Source: Octopus bimaculoides (lineage: Eukaryota). Taken from it: a stretch of DNA of 64,000 nt. The stretch covers positions 77,046,034 through 77,110,033 of the forward strand of contig NC_068986.1 of NCBI RefSeq assembly GCF_001194135.2, in the 5' to 3' direction. Position numbers and translations under genes: made by a program. Of this stretch, positions 36,801-51,000 are shown one piece after another (the first letter of the stretch is position 1; every line of letters begins with the position of its first letter). The notes beneath the pieces were generated by a model. It was not told the origin of the DNA and did no database searches. It saw nothing but the letters and a program-made list of their open reading frames with translations.

Positions 36801-39800
36801 TTCCTAACACAAGCTACTCCGCAGATTGTATTGGGTGCTTTTTATGTGGCACCAGCACTGGTATTTATTCTGCTGTGGCAGACAGGTCTTCTTCAGTACA
36901 GCAAGGCACCAAATATCTTGGTTCTTTGCTATCTCCTTTGTAAGGCTCTGTATTTTGAGACTGGCCTTCAATACTTAAGTCCCATGTCTTTCTGGTTCTC
37001 CCCCTTTCACAAGTTCCATCCACTTTATGACTGGCACTTTGGTATGCAACTGTTAACCAGAAAATATATCTCATTTAACGTTCACTTAGTCATGTTCGCA
37101 GAGGTCAAGCAAAAGTTTTTTGAAGCAGATTTTTTACAACTAGATGCCTTTCCTCATCTGTTTCTAAGCAAGGTAATATACCCCTCTGGCCAGATATACT
37201 TTTCATGGAAGACTGGAAACAAGCATCATCACTTGATGTCAAGACAAGAGTACACCAAAATATATATATATAGGTACAGGTGTGACTGTAGAGTAAGAAA
37301 CTTGATTCCCAACCACATGGTTTGTGGTTCAATCCCACTGTTTGGCACCTTGGGCAAGTATCTTCTACTATAGCCTTGGGCTGATCAAAGCTTTGTGAGT
37401 GGACAGAAATTGATAAGTAAAATTGTAAAAATTACATATAATAAAATGCAAAAATCAGACTAAGTTGAAATTTCATAGATAAATATATTGTTCTAAACAC
37501 AATCATAGAAACTCAGATATGGGTGTGTGTCTTTGTCCCACCACCACCATTGCTTCACAACCAGTGATGGTATGTTTATGATATATACACATCATTAAAT
37601 GGGCAAAAACATTTTTAAAATCAAATTAAAATAACACCCATAATGCAAAGAATTTTCCCAATACAGAAAAAGGAGACAACTCCAAAATCCGAAAATATTA
37701 AAAGCATACAAAGTGAGTATGATCTTTAAGTACAGCAAGAGGGTTAAACATGTTTCAGTCCAATTAGAGCTCCTCAATAAAGTATGAACAAAACTAAAAT
37801 AATGACAGAAAAATTCCCAGAAAAGACTTCTGCATGAAGAACAGTGAAATGCAGGCTAACTCCATCGATATGTTTTAGACAATGACCACTGAAAACGCTC
37901 AATCAAAATTACAAATTAGAATGTTGTGGACCTTAACAACAATTCGTAATAACATAAGGGAGATAACTGAAATCTATATTGATTAATTTTTTTTTTTTTT
38001 TTGGCTCATAACAGTAACTTGTACATAATTACAATAGCGTAGACTACCCAGCTAAAGAAACGGCACTCTATATCCGTTATATGCAGAGTTGTATATTCTG
38101 ACTAAAACAATTTACTCCTAGTAACAAAGGTTTTTATTAGAAGGTTGAGTGCAACGCCCGTTTGTGAGAACAACTGACAGAAGGATGGGTTCTTTAAATA
38201 ATTTCTCCACCAATTTTTTTCCAGATTCAGTCCTGCTGAGTGGTACCTTGGGCAAGTGTTTTCTTCTATAGCCTTGAGCAGACCAAAGACTTGTAAATGG
38301 ATTTGGTGGATAGAAACTGAAAGAAGCCTGTCATATATGTGTATATATCTATGTGAGTGTGTTGTTGTGTTTGTGTGTCCCCCACCACAGCTTGACAAAC
38401 GGTGTTGGTGTGTTAACGTTCTGTAACTTAGCAGTTTGGCAAAAGAGACCAATAGAATAAGTACCAGACTTAGAAATTAAAACAAAAAAATCTTGGGGCT
38501 GATTTGTTCAATTAAAAGCCTTCAAGGCAGTGCCCCAGTATGACCACAGTCAAATGACTGAAAGAAGTATAAGATAAAATACACTGCATTTGCACATTTC
38601 CAAACACCATTTTTGCTATTGAACAACTGTAATTAACCCTTTTAATATCAAGCTGCCTGAGAGCCCTTGGTTGTTTGATACCAATTTCCTGTTTCAATGC
38701 GAACTGAATTAAAACCTTCCATCAGAATTTCATGTTAATTTATGTGCCAAACACCAGTTTAAAAGCTGTTTTACTGAATTATTCAGTATTTTCAAAATTA
38801 AATTGAAACAAAAGCAGGGTATTCCAAATGAAATATGGTAACAAAATGGTTAAAGAAATACTTCTAATGATTAATTAGCATATCAAACTAAAATTAGAAT
38901 ATTTCAAGTTTGTTTACTACTTGTTTGTCATTGGACAGCAGCCTTGAAGGGTTTAGTCAACACTGACTGGGGCATATTTATTGATATCTTTTTGCCAAGA
39001 TGGTTAGTTACAGAGGGCACAAACAAACCAACATTGGTTGTCAAGCAGTAGAGGCAAAGATGCATGCACAAGCACACACATGCTTCCAGTTTCCAGCTAC
39101 CAAATTAAGTCACAAGCCATGGGTCAACTTTTAACTATAGCAGAAGTTAATTGCCCAAGCTGCCTTGCAGCAGGACAGAACCCCAAATCCCATGGTCGTG
39201 AACTTTTTAACCAATCAGATATATTTGGTTTTTAGCATTTTATGTGTGTTGTAGGTGCATAATCTATCATTAGCCAAGTCTACTAAAGCAGTAGAATTAT
39301 GTGCCTTGTTAATAACAGCTGATAGTTTGAAGCTCTGATAATTTAATAAATAGTTTAGCACATTAACCTCATTCACAGGAAATGCATCTCACATTATTAA
39401 AACAAACTTACCTTTTGGTTCAGAACCACAAAGCCCTTGTTATTGTTGTCACAAACTTTCCTTTTCAGTTCAATGATCTTTTGTACTCTATCATCAATAA
39501 ATTTTCGTTCAGCATCTACAAGCTTCTCCCGCTCAGCAGCACTTTTGTAGAAAAATCCAGAGTTTACTTCTCTAAAAGCATTCAAACAAAGAAAAAAAAA
39601 AAAGTTTCACCACTCATCAAAAGGTTACATCAAAAATGCTACATTCAACTTAGTATATGTAAATTTCAAACTGATGTAATAAGTAAATATATTTTAAGGT
39701 AATTAAACAAAAACTGTATATTTACATAAAATACATGACAGGGAGTAGATTTTAATAAACAATATGAAAACAAAAGCTACTTACGTCTTTTCATATTCCA

Positions 39801-41949
39801 GTGACACATTGCAAGTTAATATGTAAGCATTTTCTACTTTCTTCTTCATATCAGGATGTCTTGCTCCATGGTCCATGACAATACCTCTAACAAGTCTGGA
39901 AGAGAACAAGTGGTCAATATTGCAATATTCAATTAAGCATTTCTATTAAAAAACCCATTCGCAGCATTCAGTATGATTAACATATCATCTTGTACAATTA
40001 GCATATTATTCAAAAAGCAAACATCTAAGATTTATTCATGATGGCTGTAAATATAAATGCTATCATATACAAGAAAGCTGGGAAATTGTACAGAGTATTT
40101 GAGTAAAAACCTAGTGGTTGTTTTGTCTCACATGTAATAAAACAACATGTTACACATGTAATAAAAACCAAAGAAATAAGCCACCTTGTCCATCTGCAGC
40201 TAAACTAGTTAAATCTATCAATGGAGGGGGGGGATAAAATAACTAAAATGTTAAGATATTTGATAATTGTGTTACTGGCTGTGTTAATATAGCATTCATT
40301 TTGTAACCACATGACCTCAAGTTCAATTTCGTTGTGTAACCCCTTGGGCTTATTGTAGCCTTAAGCCATGTATGTTTGTCTGATAACTTGCATCCCAGTT
40401 TCACAGGAAGGTGCTGAGCTAAAACAGTGACATTTGGTGACTTTCTTATGAAGTTCTGCACTTTTAAAGACAACATTATCAAAAGTTTGTCAATGATCAG
40501 ATTAATACAAAATAACATACATGATCATATAGCAGAAAAGTTGGCTTCCCAACCACATGATTTCAAGTTCAGTTGCACTTGAGGCACCTTAGGGATATGT
40601 CTCTTACTATGGCTCCAGGCCAACCAAAACCTCAAGTGGATCGAGTGTGTGGAAACTGAAAGAAGTCCATCAAATGTATATATTTGATTTGTATATGTTA
40701 GTGATGCAAGTGTATATGTGATAAATGAATGTGTGTTTACATATTCTTCAAACACTTGTCATGTTCTGTTGTGTCGTCTTTTGTCAAAAATTAGTCTACT
40801 GGCTTTGATCCTTCAGAGACGAGCGAAGAGATCCCTTACTTGTAAAGGCAGAGGCTAGAGACAAAAAGGATATCCAGCTGTAAAACAACACCTAGATAAC
40901 ACATTTATCTAACCCATGCTAGCATAGGAAAAAAACATAAAAACTAGTTAAACTTATTACCAGGCACATATTTCACCACAAGTTTGTTTTTCACACTACT
41001 GAAACATTAAAGACTGTCAAAAAAAAAATTAATAAATAAAAAAGTTAACCTTTCACAATTTTGACAGAGATAAAAAAAAATATTTAGATTTTAATTGCTC
41101 TAAACTTCAAATTTAAAAATTTCTTTTCTTTCAGAAAATAATACAGTATTCAGTGTAGGACATTATAATTTCTATAAAACACTGAATGTTGAATATGTAA
41201 GATTCATAAAGGGAAGTAAACACGCATAATACTCTACGAATTACCCATTATCAGTAATAGTTTACTATTTTGTTCAGTACTATAACAAGTTATTTTTGGG
41301 AAAAAAATTAGATTCTGAATTTGAAATCTCAATACTGAACTTCAGTTTAACTGAAATAGATTCAAGATGAATAGTCAATCCAATAATAAAATAAATAATC
41401 ACTCTTTCTGAGCATGTTTAATGAACCAGTCTTACTCCACCCCATCTAATGTTTGATCTCATAAAATAGATCCATGCTCCACCTTTTCTACATTCACAGC
41501 TACACTAACTGCATTATGAAAAAAGTTTTTGCACGGTTTTCTTTTCGCAAATCTGTATATATAAAAGGCAGGAAGTGTGTGTGTGTACGTGAATGTAATT
41601 TATGCACATCCACAAATTAGCATGCATGTTGCTCCAATTTTAGGAGGACATTCGTCATGACTCTAGCTGTATTTACGTCAACTTGTTTTTCCCAGAGGCA
41701 CCAGTGAATAGCAGTAAAAATAAATTTTCAACCAAATCTTTTAACGATTTTCAAGTCGGAGAAATCCACCAATGTTTACAACAGGAGTTAATTCCCCTTC
41801 TAGCGACGAGTATGTTTTTGTTAAGACTTTTGTTGATATACGGGCAACACATACATACGAACATGTATGCGTACAAAAAATATGTATGCAATTGGTGTAC
41901 GTACGTGTGTGTGTGTGTTGCCCATATATATATATATACACACACACAC

Positions 41950-42000
<51 letters not shown>

Positions 42001-45000
42001 GACATACTTAAGACTTAATTGTGATCCGCTTGTGATACAGAGAATCGGGAGCCCTTTTGGGCATTCTATCTTCCTTGCTGGAAGGGTTCCCACCTCATGG
42101 GCAAAGAGGGGTTAAGATGATGGGGGTGGTGTTTTCAAAGGGCTGGCATGTGTAACCTGATCACCTCTGCTGATCAAACTCCCAACCCATGCGTTTCTGT
42201 CGCGACACTGATTCTGCCCAAATTTGTCGTCAATGTTACTTAGTTTGGTTTGAAATAAAGAACTTGATTAGCTTAATAATCCTAACTTAATCCCGAGCAA
42301 AGCTGGGCTATACTGCTAGTATGTGATATTTTCCAAAAATTATTTGCTTAAACAAGTGGTTCTCAAGCATTTTTTTACCTATGGACCCCTTCAATTCCTA
42401 TTTTACTCTGGTGGATCCCTCATAGCCCCTTAATGTCTAAAAATTAGTTTTATAGATACTGTTTTCAAAATTTCCTATTTTGTTCACACATCATCAACTT
42501 GTGTAGGTTGAATTATATAAAACATAAGAGAAAGAAACCTAATTGTTTCTTGCTATGCATACATCTAAATCAAAATTTTTTCATGGACCCTTACTATATT
42601 ACTATGTGTACCCAATTTACAATTTTGCATGCATGATCCCCTGTTGAACATCACTGGCTAAAACCAACATATCCTCAGTTCCNNNNNNNNNNNNNNNNNN
42701 NNNNNNNNNNNNNNNNNNNNNNNNNNNNNNNNNNNNNNNNNNNNNNNNNNNNNNNNNNNNNNNNNNNNNNNNNNNNNNNNNNNNNNNNNNNTCCATATCA
42801 GTCTTATGTTTCATTTCCATCATTTCTACCATATGTAAATCAATAGCTTCATTAGGTTGCTGGATTGCAAGAACAGCATCAACAATTTGCTGGAAAATAA
42901 ACATTGACAAGAAAAATATCAATACTAACAAGAGGACTGAAGTAGATTTTCTATGGTTAATATACATATAATTACACTATGGAACAAATAAACCCAACCA
43001 TTACAGATTTACATAATTCAAATTTTTGTTCTTTAGAAGGTAACACTGTAGTGAACAGCCCCTTTCACCTAAATGACTGAAATTATTTCAGATTGCTTTC
43101 TCAAATTATAAATGTGGAAGTAGAGAATGCAAAAATCTTGTGGATATTGTGTTGCAACTAAGCAGATATCAAAATTGTGAAAGTTGACTATTTCTGGATG
43201 ACATATAGACAGTATAGTGAAATGATTATTGGTGACATACAAAATTTGAGCACTTCATGTGTAGAAGTGGTTAATCTGCTCTAGAGAGATGAGTAAGAGG
43301 TGAGAGGTGAGCTATGCCTTTTGCTATTCCCAGTCTATGAAGAGAATAAAAAAAAAATCACCACTATAATTTATTTCTACATGTATGGGTCTATGTTAGA
43401 AACTAGTCATATATCATCCAGACTAAAAGATTAAAGGACTACTAAATGCCAGACAGCAAATTTGATATTAATGAAAATGTGATACTGCGAAGGCACGAAT
43501 AGTTTGTTTACTACGGACACATGCTTGAAGAGGGGATCTGAAGTTGCTTGTCTTTATGTTTGGTGTGCAGGTTGGGTATATAAAATATTCCTTTGTTTAC
43601 TGAGACAACAAGATTTACAAAGAAGGCTAAATGTTGTCAGTTTGAAAAAGTTTTGTTACTTCATATAAAATTGGGATTGATATTTTAGCGTGTAAAGAAA
43701 TTTTTCTGCTTTATGTTTCCAAAGATCTCTGATGGCAAGCTCAAGGGTGGTATATTTTTTGAACTTCAAGTAAATGCAATGATGAAATCAGAACTTGGAA
43801 GAAGAAGGAGCAAAGTTGAAATGGTAATTTGGCATGCATTTTGCAGGGTAATTCATGGAGTTATAAGGATTCACAAAGCTCCTAACTACAGAGTTTTGAT
43901 GACAGTGCTTACTGAAAATTATAATTACATAAGATGCCACACATCTACATCCCTTAGTATTCAGACTAATGCTTATTCATTGATACTGTCTTGAATTATT
44001 CATACATTATCTTGTAGCTTGGAGATGTCAATGATGTGATTGCTTATTTTTAGAATGAAATCGTAAGGTAGGTTTGAGAGGCCAGGTCTGACCAGTTTGA
44101 ACATACAATAGGTAGAATATTCAAACCGAATATGATTGGTTTAAATGATAACGGGTTAAAATGCATTTATTTCGTTTGCATTATTATTTATTATCAAATT
44201 TTTTTTTTTTTTTTTGTATGGAAAAGTATGACAGTGATAAGTACAATGAAAACGTTCACCAAAATATTGGATGTAAAAGAACCGAAACTGATGGGATACT
44301 GTTCTGATGGAAGACTATGATCTCTGTTAAGATAAAGTGCTTACAAAATGAAAGTGAACTCAAAGCAAGTTTGATTTTTAATTTTCAACACTTCCATATC
44401 TTCAGAATTTGTCAATTGTTTTCTCTAAGCCTTTCATTATTATTCTGCCAGAAACAGATTGAAAATTTTTGCTTTATAATATCAAACAGCCCTAAACCAC
44501 TTAAAGTAACTCATTAATAGTTAAATGAGAATGTCAATATGAATCTTGTTACTACTTTCATGAAAACATGGTTTCACTAGATAAACAATTAAGTGCCCAA
44601 CTTTTTTGGCATGGTATTTGTATTCTCTGGTTATTTTGGGGTATGTTTTATTCCCATTCTTATAATTACAATATCTAACATTCTATGACTAATAAAGAAA
44701 AGTGTACCACTTTCATATTCACAATTAATGATTCAGACTGAAAGGCTTTTAAAAGAAAATGCAGAAAAATCAAATAGAATATGCAACAAGTGTAACTACA
44801 TGCATGATGGAGAACTGACAATTTCATTTCTGGTTGTGACTGTATATGGAGTGATATTGGTAATGATAATGCAAGTGAAGAGCTTCTACTATAAACAGAA
44901 TAGTGTTAGGATTTTCTAGGTATTTTTTCTTAAAGACTTTTCAAAAGTGAAAGGATCCAGCTACAATCTGTCTGGTATCCTGCATGCCAGGATACCAGAC

Positions 45001-48000
45001 ATTTTATTTTATTTTATTGTAGGCATTAGAAAGCTGCCCAGGATCATTGACTACTGGAGTATGGATGAATCCCTTGGTCACTGGTATGTTTCCTGTATCA
45101 TGAGGCAAACAAGGTTTTAGAAACTATGTTAATATTTGTATGAGACACTAGCAGTGTACCAATACATGGCGAAAGAAAATTATGATCCCTAATTTTCTAT
45201 TTTCCATCCACTCGTTCTGAACACAAATGAAAATAGCACCCTTGTGAACCTTAATTACAATAGTTACATGGGTGGTGTAGACTGGATGAGTAAAATGATG
45301 AACTATTATCCAGTTGTTGGACTGAGGGATAAGTGGTTCTGGTGACTGGTTAAGTATGTAGTAAATATCAATATCATGTGTGTTTTACTATAATCCAAAC
45401 TGGGAAGGCTATAAGTGATGCAACCATCTGCAGTTCCAAGCAAATGCAACCAAGTAATTGAGAGCAGGATAAAGAGCAAAAGCCAACCAGAAGGATGGCT
45501 ATCCCTCAGAATTCATCTGATCTCCATAAATAGGAGAAGGAGGACAAATCAGTTGTAACAAAAAACAAAAAACTGTGCTGTGAAAGCTAACATTAGAAAA
45601 GGAAAATTCTAAGAGGATGGTCAACTAAAACAACTTTCCAATGTGCATTTCTGCAGAATTGCCTGATATAGAGTGGATGCTTTACAAGTTTTCATTACAG
45701 AAGAAATTTGCATATATGTACGATTTGATTTATAAACTAAATTTAACAAATTTACCTCATATCTTCTAAAATTTTATTTGCCTGTAAGGTGAGTGAAACA
45801 TTGTGTGCGTGTCATTATGTATTCTTTTTCTGTTTTACACTGCGGCCATGCTGGAGCACCACCTTAAACGGTTTTAGTCAAAGAAATCGATCCCAGGACT
45901 CATTCTTTGTAAGCCTAGTACTTATTCTATCGGTCTCTTTTGCTGAACTGCTAATTTATGAGGACATAAACACAGCAACATCAGTTGTCAAGCAATGGTG
46001 GAGGGTCAAACACAGACACAGACTAATATGTATTCAATGGGCTTCTTTCAGTTTCCATCTACCAAATCCACTCAAAAGGCTTTAGTTGGCCCAAAGTTAT
46101 AAAAGAAGACACTTGCCCAAGAACCATGTGTTTGGGAAGCAAGCTTGCCCAGAACCACGTGTTTGGGAAGCAAGCTTGCCCAGAACCACGTGTTTGGGAA
46201 GCAAGCTTGCCCAGAACCATGTGTTTGGGAAGCAAGCTTGCCCAGAACCATGTGTTTGGGAAGCAAGCTTGCCCAGAACCATGTGTTTGGGAAGCAAGCT
46301 TGCCCAGAACCATGTGTTTGGGAAGCAAGCTTGCCCAGAACCATGTGTTTGGGAAGCAAGCTTGCCCAGAACCATGTGTTTGGGAAGCAAGCTTGCCCAG
46401 AACCATGTGTTTGGGAAGTAAGCTTGCCCAGAACCATGTGTTTGGGAAGCAAGCTTATTACCACACAGCTATGCGCACCTATGTAAGATATTCATTTTGT
46501 AATATTCTTTAAACATCATCATCATCATTTAATATCCACTATCCTATACCTGCATGAGTCAGACAGATAACTTCTAATCTTTCTAGTCTTAGCATTATGG
46601 TAAACCTTTTTTATGGATATTTTAGTTCAATTGAAAATTAACTAACGAGCACAATTCTTCCATATGAAAATGTTGTATACCCAACTGATTAGCTAATAAC
46701 TCTTTTTCTATGGTGATACTTAAAATTCAAATAATTTTAAATTCCATTTGCTTTGAGAGAAAAAATTTGATTTACATTTATTTTAAGAACCTTTTGTGTT
46801 ACCAAAATCACATTCATATGACAACAAGCAAAAATGTAATAGTTGCTTCATGAAACCCATCTAAATTCATAACTAGAATTTCATTAAAGTGGGTGTGTTT
46901 TAGATAGAAATATAAGTAACAAATAGAGTTAAATTTATTGTAAAATTTTGATGAAATTAGGAAACTGATTTCTCTCATAAAAAGGAATAGAAATGAAACC
47001 TACACTAAGACATAGGTGAAGGTTACACTCCATAAAAAATAACTACAAAATTGAAATATTTCTGAAAATATTGATCAAAGGCATAAACTAAGAACTGAGT
47101 TCAGCACCAAAAACTTCATAAAACTATTTGCACTGACTGGAATTTTACAATAAATTTGACATTACTTTCAGTATTGAGTCCCCAATCTGTAAATATTCCT
47201 TTATTAACCCTTTTGTTACTGTTTTTATTTTGAGATGCCGTTTAATTACTTTAAATATAACAAAGAATTTAGTAAAACAAATTAGTTATCATTCAACTAG
47301 TGTTAGGAACATAAATTGTGACTAAGGTTTGGTGAGGATTTTAATTCAAAACTTATGAAAACAAGACATTTGTATTCAGAATCAGAGCCAATTTCAGCCA
47401 GGTTGGTAATGAAAGGGTTAAACTTGATTTAAAATAAACTCAATTTAACAATCATAAATACAACAAAAGTTTCACTTAAAACTTGTGTAAATCAGTTGAA
47501 ATGTTTTAATACAGATGATTTTTTAAATCAAACCATGAAAATAAGTTAGTATAAATTAAGAAAGAACAAAACATTAAAATACTTAAATGCATTATAATAT
47601 CTTTAAATTTTAAGAGAGAAAATGATTTAGTTAAACCAAAATAAAATACTCAAAGTACAACAAAATAAGTTAAGACATGCAATATATGATATATTAAAAG
47701 AAGTGAGATGAAAGTAGTTTTATAGCTTTGAAGTTTAACTTACTTCAGCTAGATTGGCAGCTAGTTTATGATGAAGCTTGGTAAAAAGAGAAGTCCTAGC
47801 CACTTCGATGAGAGTGCTACGATCAATTTCTTTCACTACTTTCACTTCCTCTAAGACCTGTAAGGGTAAAAAGGACAAAAAGTTAAGATCATACAACAAA
47901 ACAAAGTAACCCTCTCACAAATACCTATCTCATCAATCAACATGAAAACTAAAAGACTGAATGCTTTAAAACACGATTAAATCATTGTTTCATCATCATC

Positions 48001-51000
48001 ATAATGTAATTTTCCCTGCTTGCATGGGTCAGGTGGAATTCATTAAGGCAAATTTTCTACAACCAGATGCCCTTCTTATTACCAACCCCAACCTGTTTTG
48101 CAGCAAGGTAATATTTCCTCATAACCATGTATGACAAGAAACAAAGGATACTGTTTCTGTAATGGTGATACTCATTTTAGAACTATCACACCATATCAAA
48201 ATGTAAAAAGGGCGAAAGGGTAAAGACCCCCTTTGGTCATGAATGACCATGGGACTGCACCTAGAAAGTTATCCTCTGAGGCACAAGTCCGGGCAAGGTT
48301 GTTTTTGGAAGACCAGCAGTTGCCCATGCATACCAGCCTCCCCTCTCCATGTCACCAAATTTATCCAAGGGAAAGACAAAGGCTGATACAGCTTGGCACC
48401 AGTGATGTTTCAACCCACTTCTACAGCCGAGTGAACTGGAGCAACATGAAATAAAGTGTCTCACTCAAGAACACAACACAGCCTGGCCCAGAAATCAAAC
48501 TCACTATCTCATGATCAAGAGCCCAATGCTCTAACCACTGAGCCATATACATGTGCGCACAATCTCTCTCTCTAGAGAGAGATAGAGAGAGAGATATGCA
48601 AAAAAAAACGAGCTTCTTTCAGTTTCTGTTTACTAAATCCACTGACAAGATTTTGGTTAATCTGGACTATAAAACAAGACACTTTTCTCAAGGTGTCATA
48701 CAAGGAGACTGGAATTAAGTGGTGGGAAATAAACTTAATTACAGAGCCATGCTTGCACCCAATGCTAAAATACATGTATAGTGTGGAATATTGCAGTGTC
48801 CCTGAAAGTGAGTTCCAAGAAAAAATTCTGCAGTTATCAAAGAGGCTTTTAATAAAATTTGATTAAAATATTTTATAAAAAAAAATTGGTATTCACTATT
48901 TCAAATGTCTGAATATATATTTTAACTTAATGTAACATGAAAGCTTACATTAAATGAAAAAATTATCTTTAAAATGATTTAAAAATTGATCGCTACAAAA
49001 TTAAACAAACACTATCTATGGAATAGAATCAACCCCTGCTCTTTTGATAGGGTGTATAGATACAGACAGGAAAAACCTTAATTCAAAATAAAATCTGAAT
49101 ATCTGCAGCATATTCATTGAAAAATAAAAATAAATAAATGTTGGGAAAGGTAAAAGCTGCCAGAAGGATATCCATAATTTAATCAGTTACCTTAAAATGG
49201 TGGGACAAATCAAGTTGCGAAAAAATCTGTGCCTAAATTCAGAGAACTTAGAAATGGAAAGCTCTCAGTGGTTGGTCAGTTTAAATGACTTTCCAATGTG
49301 CACTCTGCAAGACTGCATAATGTACAGTGGGATACTTTACAAGTTTCTATGACAAGATTATTGTATAATTTGATTTTGTTAAAATATTTATTTACCTCAT
49401 TTTTATTTAGGTTATCTGCACTTTTGATTAATTTATATTTGTGAATCATTACTGTTTGTTTATGGGTACAATTTTGTTTCATATGTGTATGAATATTTCA
49501 TTTTGTTGTTTTCTACAAATGTAAATTCTGATTATTTCATTCTATTTTTCATCTTTATGGTATACCTGTTTATGTACATTTTAGTTAAACTGAAAATTCA
49601 ATGTGCATAGTTTTTCTAAATGAAGATGTCATTGCATACCAGGCAGAATATTAGCTAATTACTCAACTTCTACAGTGATGTTTGGACAAAATTATAAATT
49701 TTACTTTAATGTATTTATCTGTAATTAGATTTGTTTTAAGATGAAGTATGTAACAGATTTAAGAACCTTTTGTTAAATTGTATTTCAAAAACCACAAACA
49801 TCTACTAAAACAGTTGTTTTAAGAAACAAGTCTAAATTCATTATTGGAATTTTAACCGAAACACACTGGGTATATTTTAATTAAAAATATAGCAAAAGAA
49901 TGGTTAAGTTGCTACTTATCTCCAATATATTTTTTGATACACATGTGTTCAACAAAATAATTTTGGACATTTCTAAGAATATTCAAATATTTACCTCTAA
50001 TGCTTTTTTCTTTGCCAAATTAAATCCCTCTGTAATGTGCCTGGGATGAAGGCCCTGAAAAAGTGAAATTAAACAAATTAGATTATCTGTAGAAATCAAT
50101 TATTATTTCAGTAATAATTATCAACAGCAGGGTCAATAACATTATCTGATTTTTTTTTTCAAAAGATTATTTTAAGAATAGCAGCTAACACTATTCTAAA
50201 AATAAATTTTTAGATATCAACTAAAAAATAAAATATTCAAGAAATTTGTATAAAACTGCAGAAAGATTGTTAGCAACAGTAATAACAAGATCTCTTTAGA
50301 GTCTCAGATCATAGAAAATGACATTTTAGAGGCTTCCAAGATAATTTGCTAGGAATGGGAAGAAAAAAAAAAAAAAAAAAAAAAAAAACTAGTTTCAAAT
50401 GCCCCAAGAAATATCTAAAAATCAAGATATTCTGCATTGAAAACATGAAGCATTAAAATTTCAAAGTCACAAAAGTTGAATAACAGCACAAATGAAATGT
50501 GTGAAGCCATTTTAGCAGAATCATTTTTGTGATAATGTTTCTACTGCAATAACAAAGTTTTATCAAATTAATTAACGAAATAAACGAATTTTGAAATTCA
50601 TTTTTCTACTAAATTTATTCATTAGGTTAGACCTAATGGACTTCATACTGTGAGCATGATTTGTTACTTACCTCTGAAATGTAGAGCTCAGCTTGTTTAA
50701 GAAGTTCTCCAATAAGAAGGACATTCGAAGTGGTCCCATCTCCTGTAACATCATCCTGGGCTGTGGCTGCCCGAGCAATTAAAGAAGCTGTAGGATGTTG
50801 AATTTGCTATAAAAAAAAAAAAAGAAAAAAACATTAAAGAAAAAGAGAAAAGAATTTAGTGATTAGGTTGCAGATAACAATTTTCACATTTTATAATATA
50901 ATATACTAATATATAAACAAAAATAAATCTAATGGTGTGAATGAGTGCATTTATCATATTTATCATGCCACATTGTATTTCAGTTTCAATATCACAGATC

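Noticed and set aside
39241-39400. Hairpin followed by ACA in CCT6 intron 8 as an H/ACA RNA
   Set aside because: Asymmetric stem with no recognisable pocket, H box or first hairpin.
46121-46456. CRISPR-like look of the regular palindromic 31-bp repeat
   Set aside because: No spacers, the units are directly tandem, it derives from a SINE head, and it lies in a eukaryotic intron.
47777-47779. Phe in TSLFTK where human CCT6 has Arg
   Set aside because: As recalled, yeast has Leu at this position, so it is not invariant; it also cannot be changed by A-to-I editing.
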